Source of the DNA: Patescibacteria group bacterium | Lineage (GTDB): Bacteria; Patescibacteriota; WWE3; UBA101185; UBA10185 | Direction of reading: 5' to 3' | Assembly (NCBI GenBank): GCA_026004595.1 | Contig: BPJL01000002.1 | Location: 1,431 to 65,430, forward strand | DNA: 64,000 bases | Shown: in pieces, positions 38,218-48,909 of the stretch | How the letters are laid out: each line of letters opens with the position of its first letter | Position numbering within the stretch: position 1 is the first letter of the stretch | Program-made: the position numbers and the translations under genes | Notes under the pieces: generated by a model | The model's input: the letters and a program-made list of their open reading frames with translations, nothing else | Database searches by the model: none | What the model was told of the DNA's origin: nothing

Positions 38218-39283
38218 CGCGGCAGATAAAAAAGATTTTTTGTTCGATGAGCTTCGAACTCTAACCCAGAAGGTTAACGAAACCGAGGGAATCCCCGAGA
38301 TTTTAGCCGACCGCTTGAAGCAGATGATTCAGAGGCTTGATAGGATGGCGAACCTTGGCCACTACGCCACGGAGTACGATACATTGGCGAGGTACATCGG
38401 GATAGTTACATCAATTCCTTGGGTAAAGAAAACAGAGGACAGGATGGATTTACAGATAACAAAGCAGATTCTGGATGAGCATCACTACGGTATGGAGTAT
38501 GTAAAAGAGAGAATATTGGAGTATATGTCCACATTGATTTTGTTAAAGAAGAGAGGCAAAGAGGTACTACAAAGGGCGCCCATTTTGCTTCTTGTAGGGT
38601 TGCAGGGAGTTGGAAAGACAACTCTTGCTATGTCAATTGCCGAGGCTCTCCAGAGGAAATTTGTACGAATAGCTATGGGAGGGATCGGTTCAACATTAGA
38701 GATAAGAGGCAGGAGCAAGGCATTCCCTGAGTCGGAACCTGGGCTAATTATAAAAGCACTCATAAACGCCGGGGTAAAGAATCCTGTGATACTTCTTGAT
38801 GAAATTGAAAAGGCCAGTGGAGAGGCCGGTCTGCAGTCAGACATTATGGCAGTTCTATTGGAGATACTTGACCCCGCTCAAAATGTTGCCTTCAGGGACC
38901 ACTATATTGATTTTCCTGTTGATTTATCCGAAGTGATGTTCATTTGTTCCGCGAATAATCTTGGTCCCATATCAACCGCCCTTTTAGATAGGATGGAGGT
39001 AATTAAAATGCCTTCTTACAGCGATGCGGAAAAAATGGTAATTGCGCGTGATTACATACTCCCAAAGGTTATAGAAAATTCGGGTCTCAAGCCTGAGGAG
39101 TTAATAATTGACCCCAACTTGTGGCCAGGAATAATTAGGCCGTTTGGTTATGATTCGGGCATAAGAAGCTTAACCAGAACTTTAGAGTCAATATGTAGAA
39201 AGGTGGCAAGGGAAATTGTGGAGGGCAAAGTTGATAAAGTTTACCTCACTGCCGATAACCTAAAACACTATCTCCCAAAATAG
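38210..39283 (+). CDS. Lon-like AAA+ ATPase module lacking both the Lon N-terminal substrate domain and the S16 protease domain
   Basis: Aligns to the Lon helical-linker plus AAA+ region: SIPWVKKTEDRMDLQITKQILDEHHYGMEYVKERILEY, Walker A GLQGVGKTTL, Walker B ILLDEIEK. Ends where the Lon protease domain would begin. Confidence 0.7.
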   Translation: MNDAADKKDFLFDELRTLTQKVNETEGIPEILADRLKQMIQRLDRMANLGHYATEYDTLARYIGIVTSIPWVKKTEDRMDLQITKQILDEHHYGMEYVKERILEYMSTLILLKKRGKEVLQRAPILLLVGLQGVGKTTLAMSIAEALQRKFVRIAMGGIGSTLEIRGRSKAFPESEPGLIIKALINAGVKNPVILLDEIEKASGEAGLQSDIMAVLLEILDPAQNVAFRDHYIDFPVDLSEVMFICSANNLGPISTALLDRMEVIKMPSYSDAEKMVIARDYILPKVIENSGLKPEELIIDPNLWPGIIRPFGYDSGIRSLTRTLESICRKVAREIVEGKVDKVYLTADNLKHYLPK

Positions 39284-39284
39284 T

Positions 39285-39914
39285 ATGAACAAAGAAGAAA
39301 TGATGAGCAAAGTAACAGCGGCTATAAAAGCCTGCACTAAGTGCCGCTTGAGAAGAGGCGCTCTGAACGCTGTTCCTGGTGAAGGAAATATAAATAGTGA
39401 AATAGCATTTGTGGGGGAGGCGCCTGGACGGGTTGAAGATGAGACAGGAAGACCTTTTGTGGGAAGGGCAGGGATGTTGCTCGAGCAGTCTCTAAAGGAA
39501 ATAGGTTATAGCAGAAAAGATGTGTGGATAGGAAATATAGTAAAACACCGACCGCCCGAAAATCGCGATCCTTTGCCGGACGAAATAGACTCTTGCGAAC
39601 AATTTCTTGCGTACCAGCTTAAAATTATTTCTCCTCTCTTGGTTGTAGCTTTAGGAAGGTTTGCTCTGAATTATTTTTATCCACAGGGTAGAATAACTCT
39701 CGATAGAGGTACCCTTATCCAGACAAAGAATTATAAAATTTTTCCCGTTTACCATCCCGCCGCGGCTTTGAGGAATCCTGAGATGATGAGAGGATTTAAG
39801 GAAGATTTTGCAAAAATCCCCGAGGTATTGCATTTGGTAAAAAGAGGAGCTGAAGGAAACACGACTCAATCCGAAGGTCAAACTGATGATGGACAACTTG
39901 GGCTGGGTTTGTAA
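39285..39914 (+). CDS. Uracil-DNA glycosylase, family 4
   Basis: CxxC...GEGN...AFVGEAPG...GRPFVGRAG motifs typical of family 4 UDG. Confidence 0.8.
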   Translation: MNKEEMMSKVTAAIKACTKCRLRRGALNAVPGEGNINSEIAFVGEAPGRVEDETGRPFVGRAGMLLEQSLKEIGYSRKDVWIGNIVKHRPPENRDPLPDEIDSCEQFLAYQLKIISPLLVVALGRFALNYFYPQGRITLDRGTLIQTKNYKIFPVYHPAAALRNPEMMRGFKEDFAKIPEVLHLVKRGAEGNTTQSEGQTDDGQLGLGL

Positions 39915-39923
39915 ACTTATTAT

Positions 39924-41648
39924 ATGGATCAACAATATGTAAATACAATTACACAGGAAGAAAAAGAAAGGGCGAAAAATACATTGAAAGTAATAACTTT
40001 AAGTGGAACTGAATCCGTAACCAAAAACTTAACGGTTTTTGAATATGGTGAAGATATTATATTGGTAGATTGCGGAGTGGGTTTTCCGGACAGCGATCTT
40101 TACGGTGTTGATGTTGTAATACCTGATTTTACTTACATTTTGGAAAATTCCCATAGGGTGAGAGGCCTTTTCATCACTCATGGTCATGAAGATCATTTCG
40201 GTGCCGTTCCTTACCTTTTAGAACATCTTGACGTTCAGATATTCACAAGCAAGCTGGTTCAGGGTTTTTTGAGGGAAAGACTAAGTGATAAGGGATTCAA
40301 ACATTTGTCGGAAAAAGCCCGCTACTCTTTGATTTCACCCGAAAGCGGTTCTGTTCAAGCGGGAGTTTTTAGAGTATCGGCGTTTGGCGTAAACCATTCT
40401 GTGCCTGATTCAATGGGGCTGGCAATTGAGACTCCGGAAGGGACGGTTTTGCATATGCCCGACTACAAAATTGATTGGACTCCTGTTTTGGATAAACCGA
40501 TTGATTTGAATGCTATTGCAGAGTTTGGCAAAAAAGGTGTGCTGTGTCTTCTTTCGGATTGTCTGAATGTTCTCACTGAAGGTTACTCCAAAAGTGAAAG
40601 TGTTCTCTCAAGCACCTTCACGGATCTTTTTGAGAGCAATCCGGGAAGGCAGATGTTTATAACAACAATCTCCTCAAATATTTCAAGGATGGATCAGATA
40701 ATGAATGCGGCTCTAAAGCATGGGAGGAAAGTTGTTTTGAGCGGGCGTTCAATAGAACAGAGTGTGAAGGTTGGAAGAAGCTTGGGTTTGTTAAAGTTTT
40801 CAGACGATCTCTTCGTACAGGAAAAGGAGGCAGCCAGATACCCACAGAACGAGCTTGTTTATATTATCGCGGGTTGCTACGGACAGCCCGAATCATCTTT
40901 AGGAAGATTGAGCAAGGGAGAACACAAAGACATCACACTGAATAAGAACGCTCTTGTAATATTTTCGGCCGACCCCAATCCGCCGGGTGTTGACATTGCT
41001 GTGGAAAGGGTAATGTCAGCATTTACTTTGGCGGGGGCAGAGGTCGTATATAGCAAAATTCAAGAAAACCTCCATGTTTCCGGGCACGGTACGAAAGGTG
41101 ATTTGATGACTATTGCATCAGTTGTTAAGCCCAAATACTTTATTCCGATAGGCGGGACAATCACCAGAATGAGGGCGTACACAAATATGTTGGGTGAGTT
41201 GGGTGTTCAAAACAACAGAGTGTTTGAGTGCTTAGAAGGTGATATCGTTGAATTTTCATCGGGTAAAGCTAAAAAGTCCGGAAGAATCCAGACAGTTCCT
41301 GTTTACATTGACACGGCTGATCCGGGTAGTACGATTAATCCGGTTGTAATAAAAGATAGAGATCAGCTTTCAACTGACGGTGTTTTTGTTGTGATAATTC
41401 CTTCAAGAGACGGTGTTTTGATGAAGGATAAGGTTGAAGTTATAACGCGGGGATTTATATATGTCAAAGCGTCCCAAGAGTTGATGGACAAATCAAGGAA
41501 GTTTGTAACCAAGACGCTTGAGAAAATGTCGGAAAAACCATCTGAATGGCCGGCTAAGAAGAAAAAAATTGAAAATGAAATTCAAGAATTTCTGTTCAAG
41601 GAAACAAGGAGTTCGCCTTTGGTAATAGTTCACGCCCTGAACGTCTAG
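39924..41648 (+). CDS. rnj: Ribonuclease J
   Basis: Metallo-beta-lactamase motif ITHGHEDHFGAVPYLL, beta-CASP and C-terminal domain; 574 aa. Confidence 0.88.
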   Translation: MDQQYVNTITQEEKERAKNTLKVITLSGTESVTKNLTVFEYGEDIILVDCGVGFPDSDLYGVDVVIPDFTYILENSHRVRGLFITHGHEDHFGAVPYLLEHLDVQIFTSKLVQGFLRERLSDKGFKHLSEKARYSLISPESGSVQAGVFRVSAFGVNHSVPDSMGLAIETPEGTVLHMPDYKIDWTPVLDKPIDLNAIAEFGKKGVLCLLSDCLNVLTEGYSKSESVLSSTFTDLFESNPGRQMFITTISSNISRMDQIMNAALKHGRKVVLSGRSIEQSVKVGRSLGLLKFSDDLFVQEKEAARYPQNELVYIIAGCYGQPESSLGRLSKGEHKDITLNKNALVIFSADPNPPGVDIAVERVMSAFTLAGAEVVYSKIQENLHVSGHGTKGDLMTIASVVKPKYFIPIGGTITRMRAYTNMLGELGVQNNRVFECLEGDIVEFSSGKAKKSGRIQTVPVYIDTADPGSTINPVVIKDRDQLSTDGVFVVIIPSRDGVLMKDKVEVITRGFIYVKASQELMDKSRKFVTKTLEKMSEKPSEWPAKKKKIENEIQEFLFKETRSSPLVIVHALNV

Positions 41649-41719
41649 TTTGCTTGATACAGGCCGTTGTTTTCTTTATCTCAAATTAAATTGGCTTTGC
41701 TAGTGATATAATTTAGCCA

Positions 41720-43957
41720 ATGCCGCGTGGGAGAAGAAGAAAATTTCGGATACATTTCAACGTAAGGCCTGAAACTATAAGGTCGGTATTAGCGCTTCTG
41801 TTGGTCAGCTTAGGCCTTTTAAGTTTAATAGCATTTTTTACCCCGTCTTATTCTTTCAATTCAAAGGTTGTGGGGTTTCTTACACGTTTGTTTGGCAAGC
41901 CCTCTATATTAGTGCCTTTTCTTCTTGTAATAGCGGGGTTACTGTTTATCCAAAGGCTCCAGCTTAAGATAAAAGAGCCTAGAATCGCCATCGGGCTTAT
42001 CTTAGCTTTGTTATCGTTGTCGGGGTTGTTTCACTTGTTTATAGAGAGTGATGAGGCTTTGGGGGCTGCAGAAAAAGGTTTGGGAGGAGGTTTCGTAGGC
42101 TACAAAATAAGCAATGTGCTGATTTCGAGCGTCAGTATTTATGGAGCGGTTGTAGTGCTTTTTCTTGCGGTTGTGGTGTCGGCTATTCTTCTATTTGATA
42201 TTTCCTTGGATCAAATCCTGGGCTTTGTTTCTGAAAAAGGAGCTCCTCTGAAGGATTTTATAAAGAGAACATGGCCGTTTAAAAAGGAGGCAGTTGAGGA
42301 ATTTGGTGAATTTGAAAGCGAGTACAAGGAGGGTGAAGAAGTTAGCGAGCCTGCCCCCGAGAAAGAAGTTGAGGAAGAAGAACCGGAATTTGAAGTCATA
42401 CCAACCCAGTATGAACCCCAAAAAGCTCCTGTTGTTCTCTCAGAGGATGTGACTTCTTCTATTGCTCCTGTGTCCCCGACAGGGTTTTTATCCGCTCCTC
42501 CGAACAAAATATGGGTTGAACCTCCTTTGGATTTGCTTAATGAGCCCGTTCCCGAAACCAGGGATTTAACAGAATCCAAAGCCAATGAAAAGAAAATTAT
42601 AGAAACTTTGAAATCTTTCGGAATTGAAGCTGAAATAGCAAGCACAAAAGTCGGTCCATCAGTTACACGATATGCTTTAAGACCCAAGTCCGTTACTAAA
42701 GTTTCGAAAATAGCTTCGTTACACGAAAACTTGGCATTAGCTCTAGCGTCTCCCACCGGTTCGGTGAGAGTTGAAGCTCCAATACCCGGTACTTCAGAGA
42801 TTGGAGTAGAAGTGCCGAATTCAAACAGAACCCTTGTTTACTTTAAGTCAATAATTACGTCAGAGGCTATGAAAGCCATGAAATCAAAACTGGCGATAGG
42901 TTTAGGGAAGGACGTTGCGGGTAAGACTTATGTCTACGATATTGCCAAAATGCCTCATTTGCTCATAGCCGGCTCAACAAACTCTGGAAAATCAATTTTC
43001 ATCCACAATATATTATTCTCCATTCTTTTCCGCGCATCTCCGCAGGAAGTTAAATTTGTGCTTGTTGATCCCAAGAGAAATGAACTGACTCACTATCAGG
43101 ATATTCCCCATCTCATAACTCCTGTTGTTGTGGATATGGACAGAGCTCATTCAGTATTTATGTGGGCGGTTAAGGAAATGGAAAGGCGGCTAAGATTGTT
43201 TGAGCAGGCCAAGGTAAGAAATATTGATTATTACAATGAAAACTCAGGTTTTCAGGCCCTTCCTTACATCGTGATAATTGTAGATGAGTTTGCGGAGGTT
43301 ATGCTTCAAAATACCAATGAGGTGGAAAAGGCGGTTGTACGTCTTGCGCAAATGGCAAGATCAACAGGTATTCATTTGGTTCTTGCGGTTCAGCGGCCCT
43401 CAATCAACATAATCACGGGTATCATCAAGGCCAATATACCGACTCGTGTGGCATTTAGCGTTTCTAGCCAGATCGATTCAAGGGTTATTATTGATCAGCC
43501 CGGCGCGGAGAAACTTCTGACAAAGGGAGATATGCTTTTTGTGCCGCCCGACGCCCAAAAGCCCATACGTTTACAGGGTGCTTACATAGATGAAAAAGAA
43601 ATAGCGCGTCTTGTTAATTATCTTAAGAGTCAGGGAATAGAGCCGGATTATTCAGAAGAAGTTTTGGCAAATGTCATGGAGAAGGATGGAAAGGTGGGTT
43701 CAAGCGCTTGGGGTGAGGGCGTGGACCCGTTGTTTGATGAGGCTGTGGAAATAGTAAGTTCAATGGGGAAGGCGTCGGCGTCACTGCTCCAAAGAAAGCT
43801 TTCTATAGGTTTTTCAAGGGCAGCAAGAATAATTGATGAAATGGAAGAGAAGGGGATAGTAGGACCGGCTGTTGGGGGAAGCAGGGCAAGAGAGCTTTTG
43901 ATAGGAGGAGGTGGGCACAGTGGATATGTAGATGAGATTGACGATCTAGTTTCTTAG
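41720..43957 (+). CDS. ftsK: DNA translocase FtsK/SpoIIIE
   Basis: N-terminal 4-TM block, P/E-rich linker, FtsK motor domain (GSTNSGKS Walker A, VIIVDEFAE Walker B), C-terminal gamma wHTH. ATG lies 7 nt after TGATATAAT (41704-41712). Confidence 0.9.
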   Translation: MPRGRRRKFRIHFNVRPETIRSVLALLLVSLGLLSLIAFFTPSYSFNSKVVGFLTRLFGKPSILVPFLLVIAGLLFIQRLQLKIKEPRIAIGLILALLSLSGLFHLFIESDEALGAAEKGLGGGFVGYKISNVLISSVSIYGAVVVLFLAVVVSAILLFDISLDQILGFVSEKGAPLKDFIKRTWPFKKEAVEEFGEFESEYKEGEEVSEPAPEKEVEEEEPEFEVIPTQYEPQKAPVVLSEDVTSSIAPVSPTGFLSAPPNKIWVEPPLDLLNEPVPETRDLTESKANEKKIIETLKSFGIEAEIASTKVGPSVTRYALRPKSVTKVSKIASLHENLALALASPTGSVRVEAPIPGTSEIGVEVPNSNRTLVYFKSIITSEAMKAMKSKLAIGLGKDVAGKTYVYDIAKMPHLLIAGSTNSGKSIFIHNILFSILFRASPQEVKFVLVDPKRNELTHYQDIPHLITPVVVDMDRAHSVFMWAVKEMERRLRLFEQAKVRNIDYYNENSGFQALPYIVIIVDEFAEVMLQNTNEVEKAVVRLAQMARSTGIHLVLAVQRPSINIITGIIKANIPTRVAFSVSSQIDSRVIIDQPGAEKLLTKGDMLFVPPDAQKPIRLQGAYIDEKEIARLVNYLKSQGIEPDYSEEVLANVMEKDGKVGSSAWGEGVDPLFDEAVEIVSSMGKASASLLQRKLSIGFSRAARIIDEMEEKGIVGPAVGGSRARELLIGGGGHSGYVDEIDDLVS

Positions 43958-43980
43958 CAATTTTGGTAGAATAGCAAGGT

Positions 43981-44256
43981 ATGGGAAGTAAAAAAAGATC
44001 CAAACAAAAAAGAATAGAAAGGCGCCTTGTGGAAATTGTACGCGCCCAGAATTCGGCTCAGGGTCATGCAGTAGGAATCACACAAAATTTGCAAAAAGAA
44101 AACGAAACTAAAATCTCTGATTCTAAGGGTATTTTTCATGAACTTCCGATGACAGAAATGAAGAAAGATATGATTAAGAACGCGGCCTATCTGGCTTTCG
44201 CCGTCGCTTTGATTTTAGTCATAGAAATATCGGGTTTGTATTATAAGTTGTTTTAG
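43981..44256 (+). CDS. Small hypothetical protein with a C-terminal TM
   Basis: 91-aa ORF; basic N-terminus; helix AAYLAFAVALILVIEISGLYY. Confidence 0.3.
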   Translation: MGSKKRSKQKRIERRLVEIVRAQNSAQGHAVGITQNLQKENETKISDSKGIFHELPMTEMKKDMIKNAAYLAFAVALILVIEISGLYYKLF

Positions 44257-45264
44257 TTAGGAGCGGATTTCAGCGTCTATAAATTCATCCAATCCTCCGT
44301 CGAGGATGTAGTCAGGGTCCGAAGATTCGACTCCGGTTCTCAGATCTTTTACTAGTTTATAGGGATGTAAAACGTAGTTTCTAATTTGATTCCCCCATCC
44401 GGGCATCTTATATTCTCCCTTTGCTTTCTTTTTTTCTTCCTCGATTTTTTCCTCTTCCATTTTGTACAGCTTTGATCTTAATATTTTCAGCGCTTTCTCT
44501 CTGTTTTTTCCTTGGAACCTTTCTTCTTGGCATTCAACAATAATTCCGGTGGGTTTGTGCTTAAGACGCACGGCAGTCGAAACCTTATTTACATTTTGTC
44601 CTCCGCTGCCGCCGGATCTGAAAAAATCCCATTCAAGATCTTCATCTTTTATCTCAATATCTCCCAAATCATCATTTATCAATGGAATGACCTCTACTAG
44701 GGCGAATGAAGTTTGGCGGAGGTTATCAGCATTGAAGGGGGATTGCCTTACCAATCGATGAACGCCTGATTCACGTTTTAAAAATCCATAGGCGTATGGA
44801 CCTGATATTTCCAGAGTTGCTGTCTTTATCCCCGCTTCCTCACCGGGGGTCATACTTACTTCATGCCATTCCCATCCGGTCTTTTCTGCGTATCTTTTAT
44901 ACATTCTCAAAAGCATGGCTGCCCAATCCATGGCTTCCGTTCCTCCCTGGCCGGCGTGTATTGTTACAATTGCGTCGTTTCGGTCGTGTTTATCCTTGAA
45001 AAAGGTTTTTAATTCAAGACGGTGTAGTTCTCGTTCAAAATTTTCTTTGTCCCCTTCCTCTGCCATAAGCTCAAGCATCTCATAATCTTCTATGTCTTTT
45101 TTTAACGCCGCCAGATCTTTTGCTACCCCGGTGCCTTCCTCCCAGTTTTTCCATGTAGATTCATCAACGACTCTTTCCTCAAGAGCTTTTATTTTGGCCC
45201 TTTTTTCTTCAATAAAAAGCCCTTCTTTAAGTTGTTTAAGCCGTTCTCTCAATGTTTCTTCCAT
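44257..45264 (-). CDS. prfB: Peptide chain release factor 2 (no programmed +1 frameshift)
   Basis: SPF tripeptide (QSPFNADN) and GGQ ([12 protein letters not shown]). Single uninterrupted 335-aa ORF. Confidence 0.88.
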   Translation of the reverse strand: MEETLRERLKQLKEGLFIEEKRAKIKALEERVVDESTWKNWEEGTGVAKDLAALKKDIEDYEMLELMAEEGDKENFERELHRLELKTFFKDKHDRNDAIVTIHAGQGGTEAMDWAAMLLRMYKRYAEKTGWEWHEVSMTPGEEAGIKTATLEISGPYAYGFLKRESGVHRLVRQSPFNADNLRQTSFALVEVIPLINDDLGDIEIKDEDLEWDFFRSGGSGGQNVNKVSTAVRLKHKPTGIIVECQEERFQGKNREKALKILRSKLYKMEEEKIEEEKKKAKGEYKMPGWGNQIRNYVLHPYKLVKDLRTGVESSDPDYILDGGLDEFIDAEIRS

Positions 45265-45289
45265 AGCTATGAGATTATACCACCGGTTG

Positions 45290-47857
45290 TTACTCCAGAG
45301 CCTCTAGTCCTAAAAGAATTTGGTCGCCGGGGTTTATTTCTTTTCGAAGCATTTTAGTAGCAAGGTAGGTTTCAACCGTGTCTTCTATGAGACGAGCCAG
45401 CGGACGGGCGCCCCATTCAGGAGAAAAGCCCCTTTTGGCAAGTTCGTCAACAAGCTCCTGTTTGAATCTTATGTTGACTCCCTTTTCACTTGCCATTTCT
45501 TTGACTCTATCCAGCATAAGAGAAGTTATTTGCTTAACGTTTTCTTCAGATAGGGGGTTGAAAATTATGATTCCTGAAAATCTATTTAAAAACTCGGGAG
45601 CGAACCTCTCTCGTACTTCTGACATTGCCTTCTCTCTCATTTTCTCAAGAGTCCCATGTTCTGCAAAAACCTGCTGAATTGCCTTTGTTCCCACATTGCT
45701 TGTGGCAATTATTATTGTGTTCGTAAAATCTATTTTCATTCCTGTGTTGTCCGTTAGTTTTCCCTCATCTAAAACCTGCAGAAAGGTTAAGAGAATGTTA
45801 GGATGAGCTTTTTCTATTTCGTCCAGCAGAATTAGTGCGAATGGCTTACTCCTCACCATATTTGTCAGCAGTCCCTTTGTTTTGCCGTCGGGTGTTCCGA
45901 GCAGACGATTTATGCTGTCTACCTGTTGATACTCGCTCATATCTAGCCTGATCATATTATTTGTGTCTCCGAAGTAGTGCTTGGCCAAAGCTTTTGCAGT
46001 TTGAGTTTTTCCTATTCCGGTTGTTCCTACAAATAGAAAACTTGCGATGGGCTTGTTTTCGTCACGTATCCCCGCCCGCGCCCTTCTTAAGGCGGTAGAT
46101 ATTTGTCTGACAGCTTCGTCCTGGCCCACGATCATTTTTTTCATCGTTTCCTCAATAGAAAGGAGCTTTTGAGCCTCGTCTTGAGAAATAGTTTCAACGG
46201 GTATACGAGTCATTTCAGCAATCTCTGCGGCTATGTGGGTTGAAGCAAGAATGGGGGAATTTTCCACAACCCTCGCAGCTGTTCGGTTAAGTATGTCTAT
46301 TGCTTTGTCGGGCAGTACTCTTTCGTGCATTAGTTTTTCTGATAGTTCAACCGTTTTGACCAGGGCGGGGTAAGTTATGGTTATATTGTGTTTGGCTTCA
46401 AGTTTGTCGGCTTTTGTTTCAAGAATTTTTACTGTTACATCTTTCGGCAATTCATCAATTTCAACAATATGGAAAAGACGGGAGAAGGCTCCATTAGGTT
46501 CTATGTATTTTCTGAAATTTGAAATTGTTGTTGCCCCGATGAATTTTATTTTTCCTTCTGAAAGATGGGGTTCCAGTATGGTGTAAATTGTTGATGTTTC
46601 TGCATTAGAATCTCCTGCGCTGGCAACGACGTTATGAATTTCGTCAATGAATAGAATAATATCTCCTGATCCTTCAACCTCTTCCATCACCTTTCTTAGG
46701 TTCTGTGCTATCATCCCTGGAGTTGTAGCGCCGGAAATGAATCCCCCAATGTCCAGACCAACCAGCCTGTGGTTGCTTATGGATTTGTATTCGTTGCTCT
46801 CGATTATGGCTTGGGCGATACCTTCTATCAAAGTTGTTTTTCCGCTTCCGGGCTCTCCGACGATAAGCACATTTTCTTTCTGTCCGGATAGTATTTGGGC
46901 GATTGTTTTAATATCCTCATCTCTGCCTAGTATTTTTTTGTACTTGCCACGCAAAATTTCTTTTGTAAAGTCACGGGACATTGAGTCAAGAGTAGGCGTG
47001 ACCCTTCCAAGCATCCCTCTTCCTATGCCGCCGGTGAAAATCAATTGGTAATCGTCCTGCCAGAGAAAAAGTCTATTTCTCTCATTTCTTTTATCGTTTT
47101 CCCATTCAACGGCCCTCGCTACATATTTCATAGAACTGTTTAGCGATGCTAATATAATGTCAATTTTTGGGATGTTGTTAAGCACGGCAAGAAGAAGATG
47201 ATCCAGCTCAATATACTTTGACTTGAGTCTTAAAGCGTCAGAAAACATTGCCTGTCCCAAAGTTGATTGTTGTATTACAGGGGCTGATTTCAATTTTTCA
47301 AAAAGCAGATCCTTGTTTATTTCCGATCGGATAAGAATAAGTTTTGAAATGTCCTGTTCAAAAAGCCATTTAATTCCCTTGGTTTGATCTATAGTCAGCT
47401 TTTCCAAACCTTTTAGTACATTGTTTCTGCAACTTGCCTTGAAGTTTTCTTTTGTATTTTTTTGGACTCTAACTCTTGGTGTATCTCGGTTCCTAATAAG
47501 GTAAAGAAGATAAAATGCAATGAAATAAGCTACAGTATAATCCAAACCCTTGTATTTTAAAACAGCTACGGGAGCCGCAAACCACCCAATTATCGCTAGG
47601 GAAGATATTATGACAAGCAGAAGCATATATACCAGTCCGAAAGCTATCCAAAATATTCTTATGACAAATCCCGCAAGCCTTCCAACTATGGTGTAGTCGC
47701 CGAAAAGGGGAACAAAGAGAAGTTGAAGGTTCGTTGAAAACGAGATCTGGTAGTTCACAAGTATAATAAGATGTGAAAATACTTTTATTATTCTCCTTGG
47801 AGCTGATAAAAGCCACCAGAATATAAACTCGTGGGGCATCCTGGGCAGGGATTTCAT
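45290..47857 (-). CDS. Membrane-anchored Hsp100/Clp-family double-AAA+ ATPase. ClpB-like: no IGF/IGL ClpP-docking loop and no long M-domain
   Basis: N-terminal ~130 aa with 3-4 hydrophobic helices, then Clp-N-like repeats ([10 protein letters not shown]). D1 has [14 protein letters not shown] and ILFIDEIH. D2 has [19 protein letters not shown] and [11 protein letters not shown]. Starts 13 nt after the sipW stop. Confidence 0.8.
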   Translation of the reverse strand: MKSLPRMPHEFIFWWLLSAPRRIIKVFSHLIILVNYQISFSTNLQLLFVPLFGDYTIVGRLAGFVIRIFWIAFGLVYMLLLVIISSLAIIGWFAAPVAVLKYKGLDYTVAYFIAFYLLYLIRNRDTPRVRVQKNTKENFKASCRNNVLKGLEKLTIDQTKGIKWLFEQDISKLILIRSEINKDLLFEKLKSAPVIQQSTLGQAMFSDALRLKSKYIELDHLLLAVLNNIPKIDIILASLNSSMKYVARAVEWENDKRNERNRLFLWQDDYQLIFTGGIGRGMLGRVTPTLDSMSRDFTKEILRGKYKKILGRDEDIKTIAQILSGQKENVLIVGEPGSGKTTLIEGIAQAIIESNEYKSISNHRLVGLDIGGFISGATTPGMIAQNLRKVMEEVEGSGDIILFIDEIHNVVASAGDSNAETSTIYTILEPHLSEGKIKFIGATTISNFRKYIEPNGAFSRLFHIVEIDELPKDVTVKILETKADKLEAKHNITITYPALVKTVELSEKLMHERVLPDKAIDILNRTAARVVENSPILASTHIAAEIAEMTRIPVETISQDEAQKLLSIEETMKKMIVGQDEAVRQISTALRRARAGIRDENKPIASFLFVGTTGIGKTQTAKALAKHYFGDTNNMIRLDMSEYQQVDSINRLLGTPDGKTKGLLTNMVRSKPFALILLDEIEKAHPNILLTFLQVLDEGKLTDNTGMKIDFTNTIIIATSNVGTKAIQQVFAEHGTLEKMREKAMSEVRERFAPEFLNRFSGIIIFNPLSEENVKQITSLMLDRVKEMASEKGVNIRFKQELVDELAKRGFSPEWGARPLARLIEDTVETYLATKMLRKEINPGDQILLGLEALE

Positions 47858-47869
47858 AACATAAGGATA

Positions 47870-48301
47870 TCAGACTCGGACAACCTTTTGTATTGTGAGT
47901 TGATGAAAAACGATACCTATTCCAAAACCCGCGCACCAGTATAGGAGAGGCAGCCCCGAAGCTTTTATTATGTAATGTGTCGGAAGGGAAAAAACGGCCT
48001 TCCCGACAATCTCTTTTTGTACAATTGGGTATGGATCTTCGTTTTGATTGTTGTCGCCTTTGGTTATGAAAAGGTCGTTCCTAATCTCAACTATTCTATG
48101 CGTTATGTATGTATTGTTTTTTTTGAATGCCGCTATGTCGCCAATCTTTAACCTGCGGGCGGGTATCACGATTACTATGTCGCCTTTCCGTATATAGGGT
48201 TCCATAGAATCACTTTTAACGTACAGTGTTTTTATCCCACCTACATACGCCGCTAGAATAACCAGTGCTATTAAAATTAGTGTGTAATACCTGCCCGTCA
48301 T
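47870..48301 (-). CDS. sipW: Signal peptidase I of the archaeal/ER type (S26B, SipW-like)
   Basis: 143 aa. N-terminal TM. SDSMEP serine box and THR histidine box; short, without the bacterial LepB box architecture. Confidence 0.75.
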   Translation of the reverse strand: MTGRYYTLILIALVILAAYVGGIKTLYVKSDSMEPYIRKGDIVIVIPARRLKIGDIAAFKKNNTYITHRIVEIRNDLFITKGDNNQNEDPYPIVQKEIVGKAVFSLPTHYIIKASGLPLLYWCAGFGIGIVFHQLTIQKVVRV

Positions 48302-48328
48302 GTCTGATCAAATATTTTAATGTGCCAA

Positions 48329-48907
48329 TTACTGTTGTACTGATTCGAATTCAAAATCAAACATAGCCGATTTTCCCTGTTTTGTAGCGCTTAGGTTATC
48401 TACTGAGAACCTGAGCACCAAAGGTCTCGTCTGACCCGGGTTGATTTGCCCGACGCCTATTCCCTCGGTCTTCCATTTTATTATCGTTTTCTTGGCTAAG
48501 CTAAGTCCGATTTCTCCTGAGTCAAGAACGCCGTTGTTGTTTGCATCATTCCATTCAAATATCTCTACATAAATATCTGATCTTAAATCAGCTGGGTCGT
48601 TTGCTGTTTCGTAATAGGCTTTTGAGGTTACGGATATTTTTAATGATCCGTTGTTTATAAGTTTCAAGGGGTAATCAGCTGACCACGTTTGTCCGATATT
48701 AGAGAAAGAAGGGCCTGGTAACTCATCAACCAGATTTGTGGGCTCGGTGCCGAGAGGCAAATCTTTAAGAAATTTTAAGTCAGCACTGCCCACCGAAAAA
48801 GTAGAGCCGAGAACCTTTGCTTTGTCTGTAAATGCGGCTAAAGTTACACCCGTTATCAAAGATACCAGGGTTAAAATAACTAATGCGTAAATAATCTTTT
48901 GTTTCAA
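48329..48907 (-). CDS. TasA/CalY/camelysin-family secreted protein with a SipW-cognate signal peptide
   Basis: Signal peptide then LAAFTDKAKVLGSTFSVGSADL, matching the TasA N-terminal signature (AAFNDxxxxxxTFxxGTLDL). 192 aa. Immediately upstream of sipW. Confidence 0.65.
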   Translation of the reverse strand: MKQKIIYALVILTLVSLITGVTLAAFTDKAKVLGSTFSVGSADLKFLKDLPLGTEPTNLVDELPGPSFSNIGQTWSADYPLKLINNGSLKISVTSKAYYETANDPADLRSDIYVEIFEWNDANNNGVLDSGEIGLSLAKKTIIKWKTEGIGVGQINPGQTRPLVLRFSVDNLSATKQGKSAMFDFEFESVQQ

Positions 48908-48909
48908 TT

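Noticed and set aside
44257-45264. Programmed +1 frameshift site in prfB
   Set aside because: RF2 is encoded in one uninterrupted frame (no CUU-UGA-C site near codon 25). Many bacteria lack the autoregulatory frameshift.
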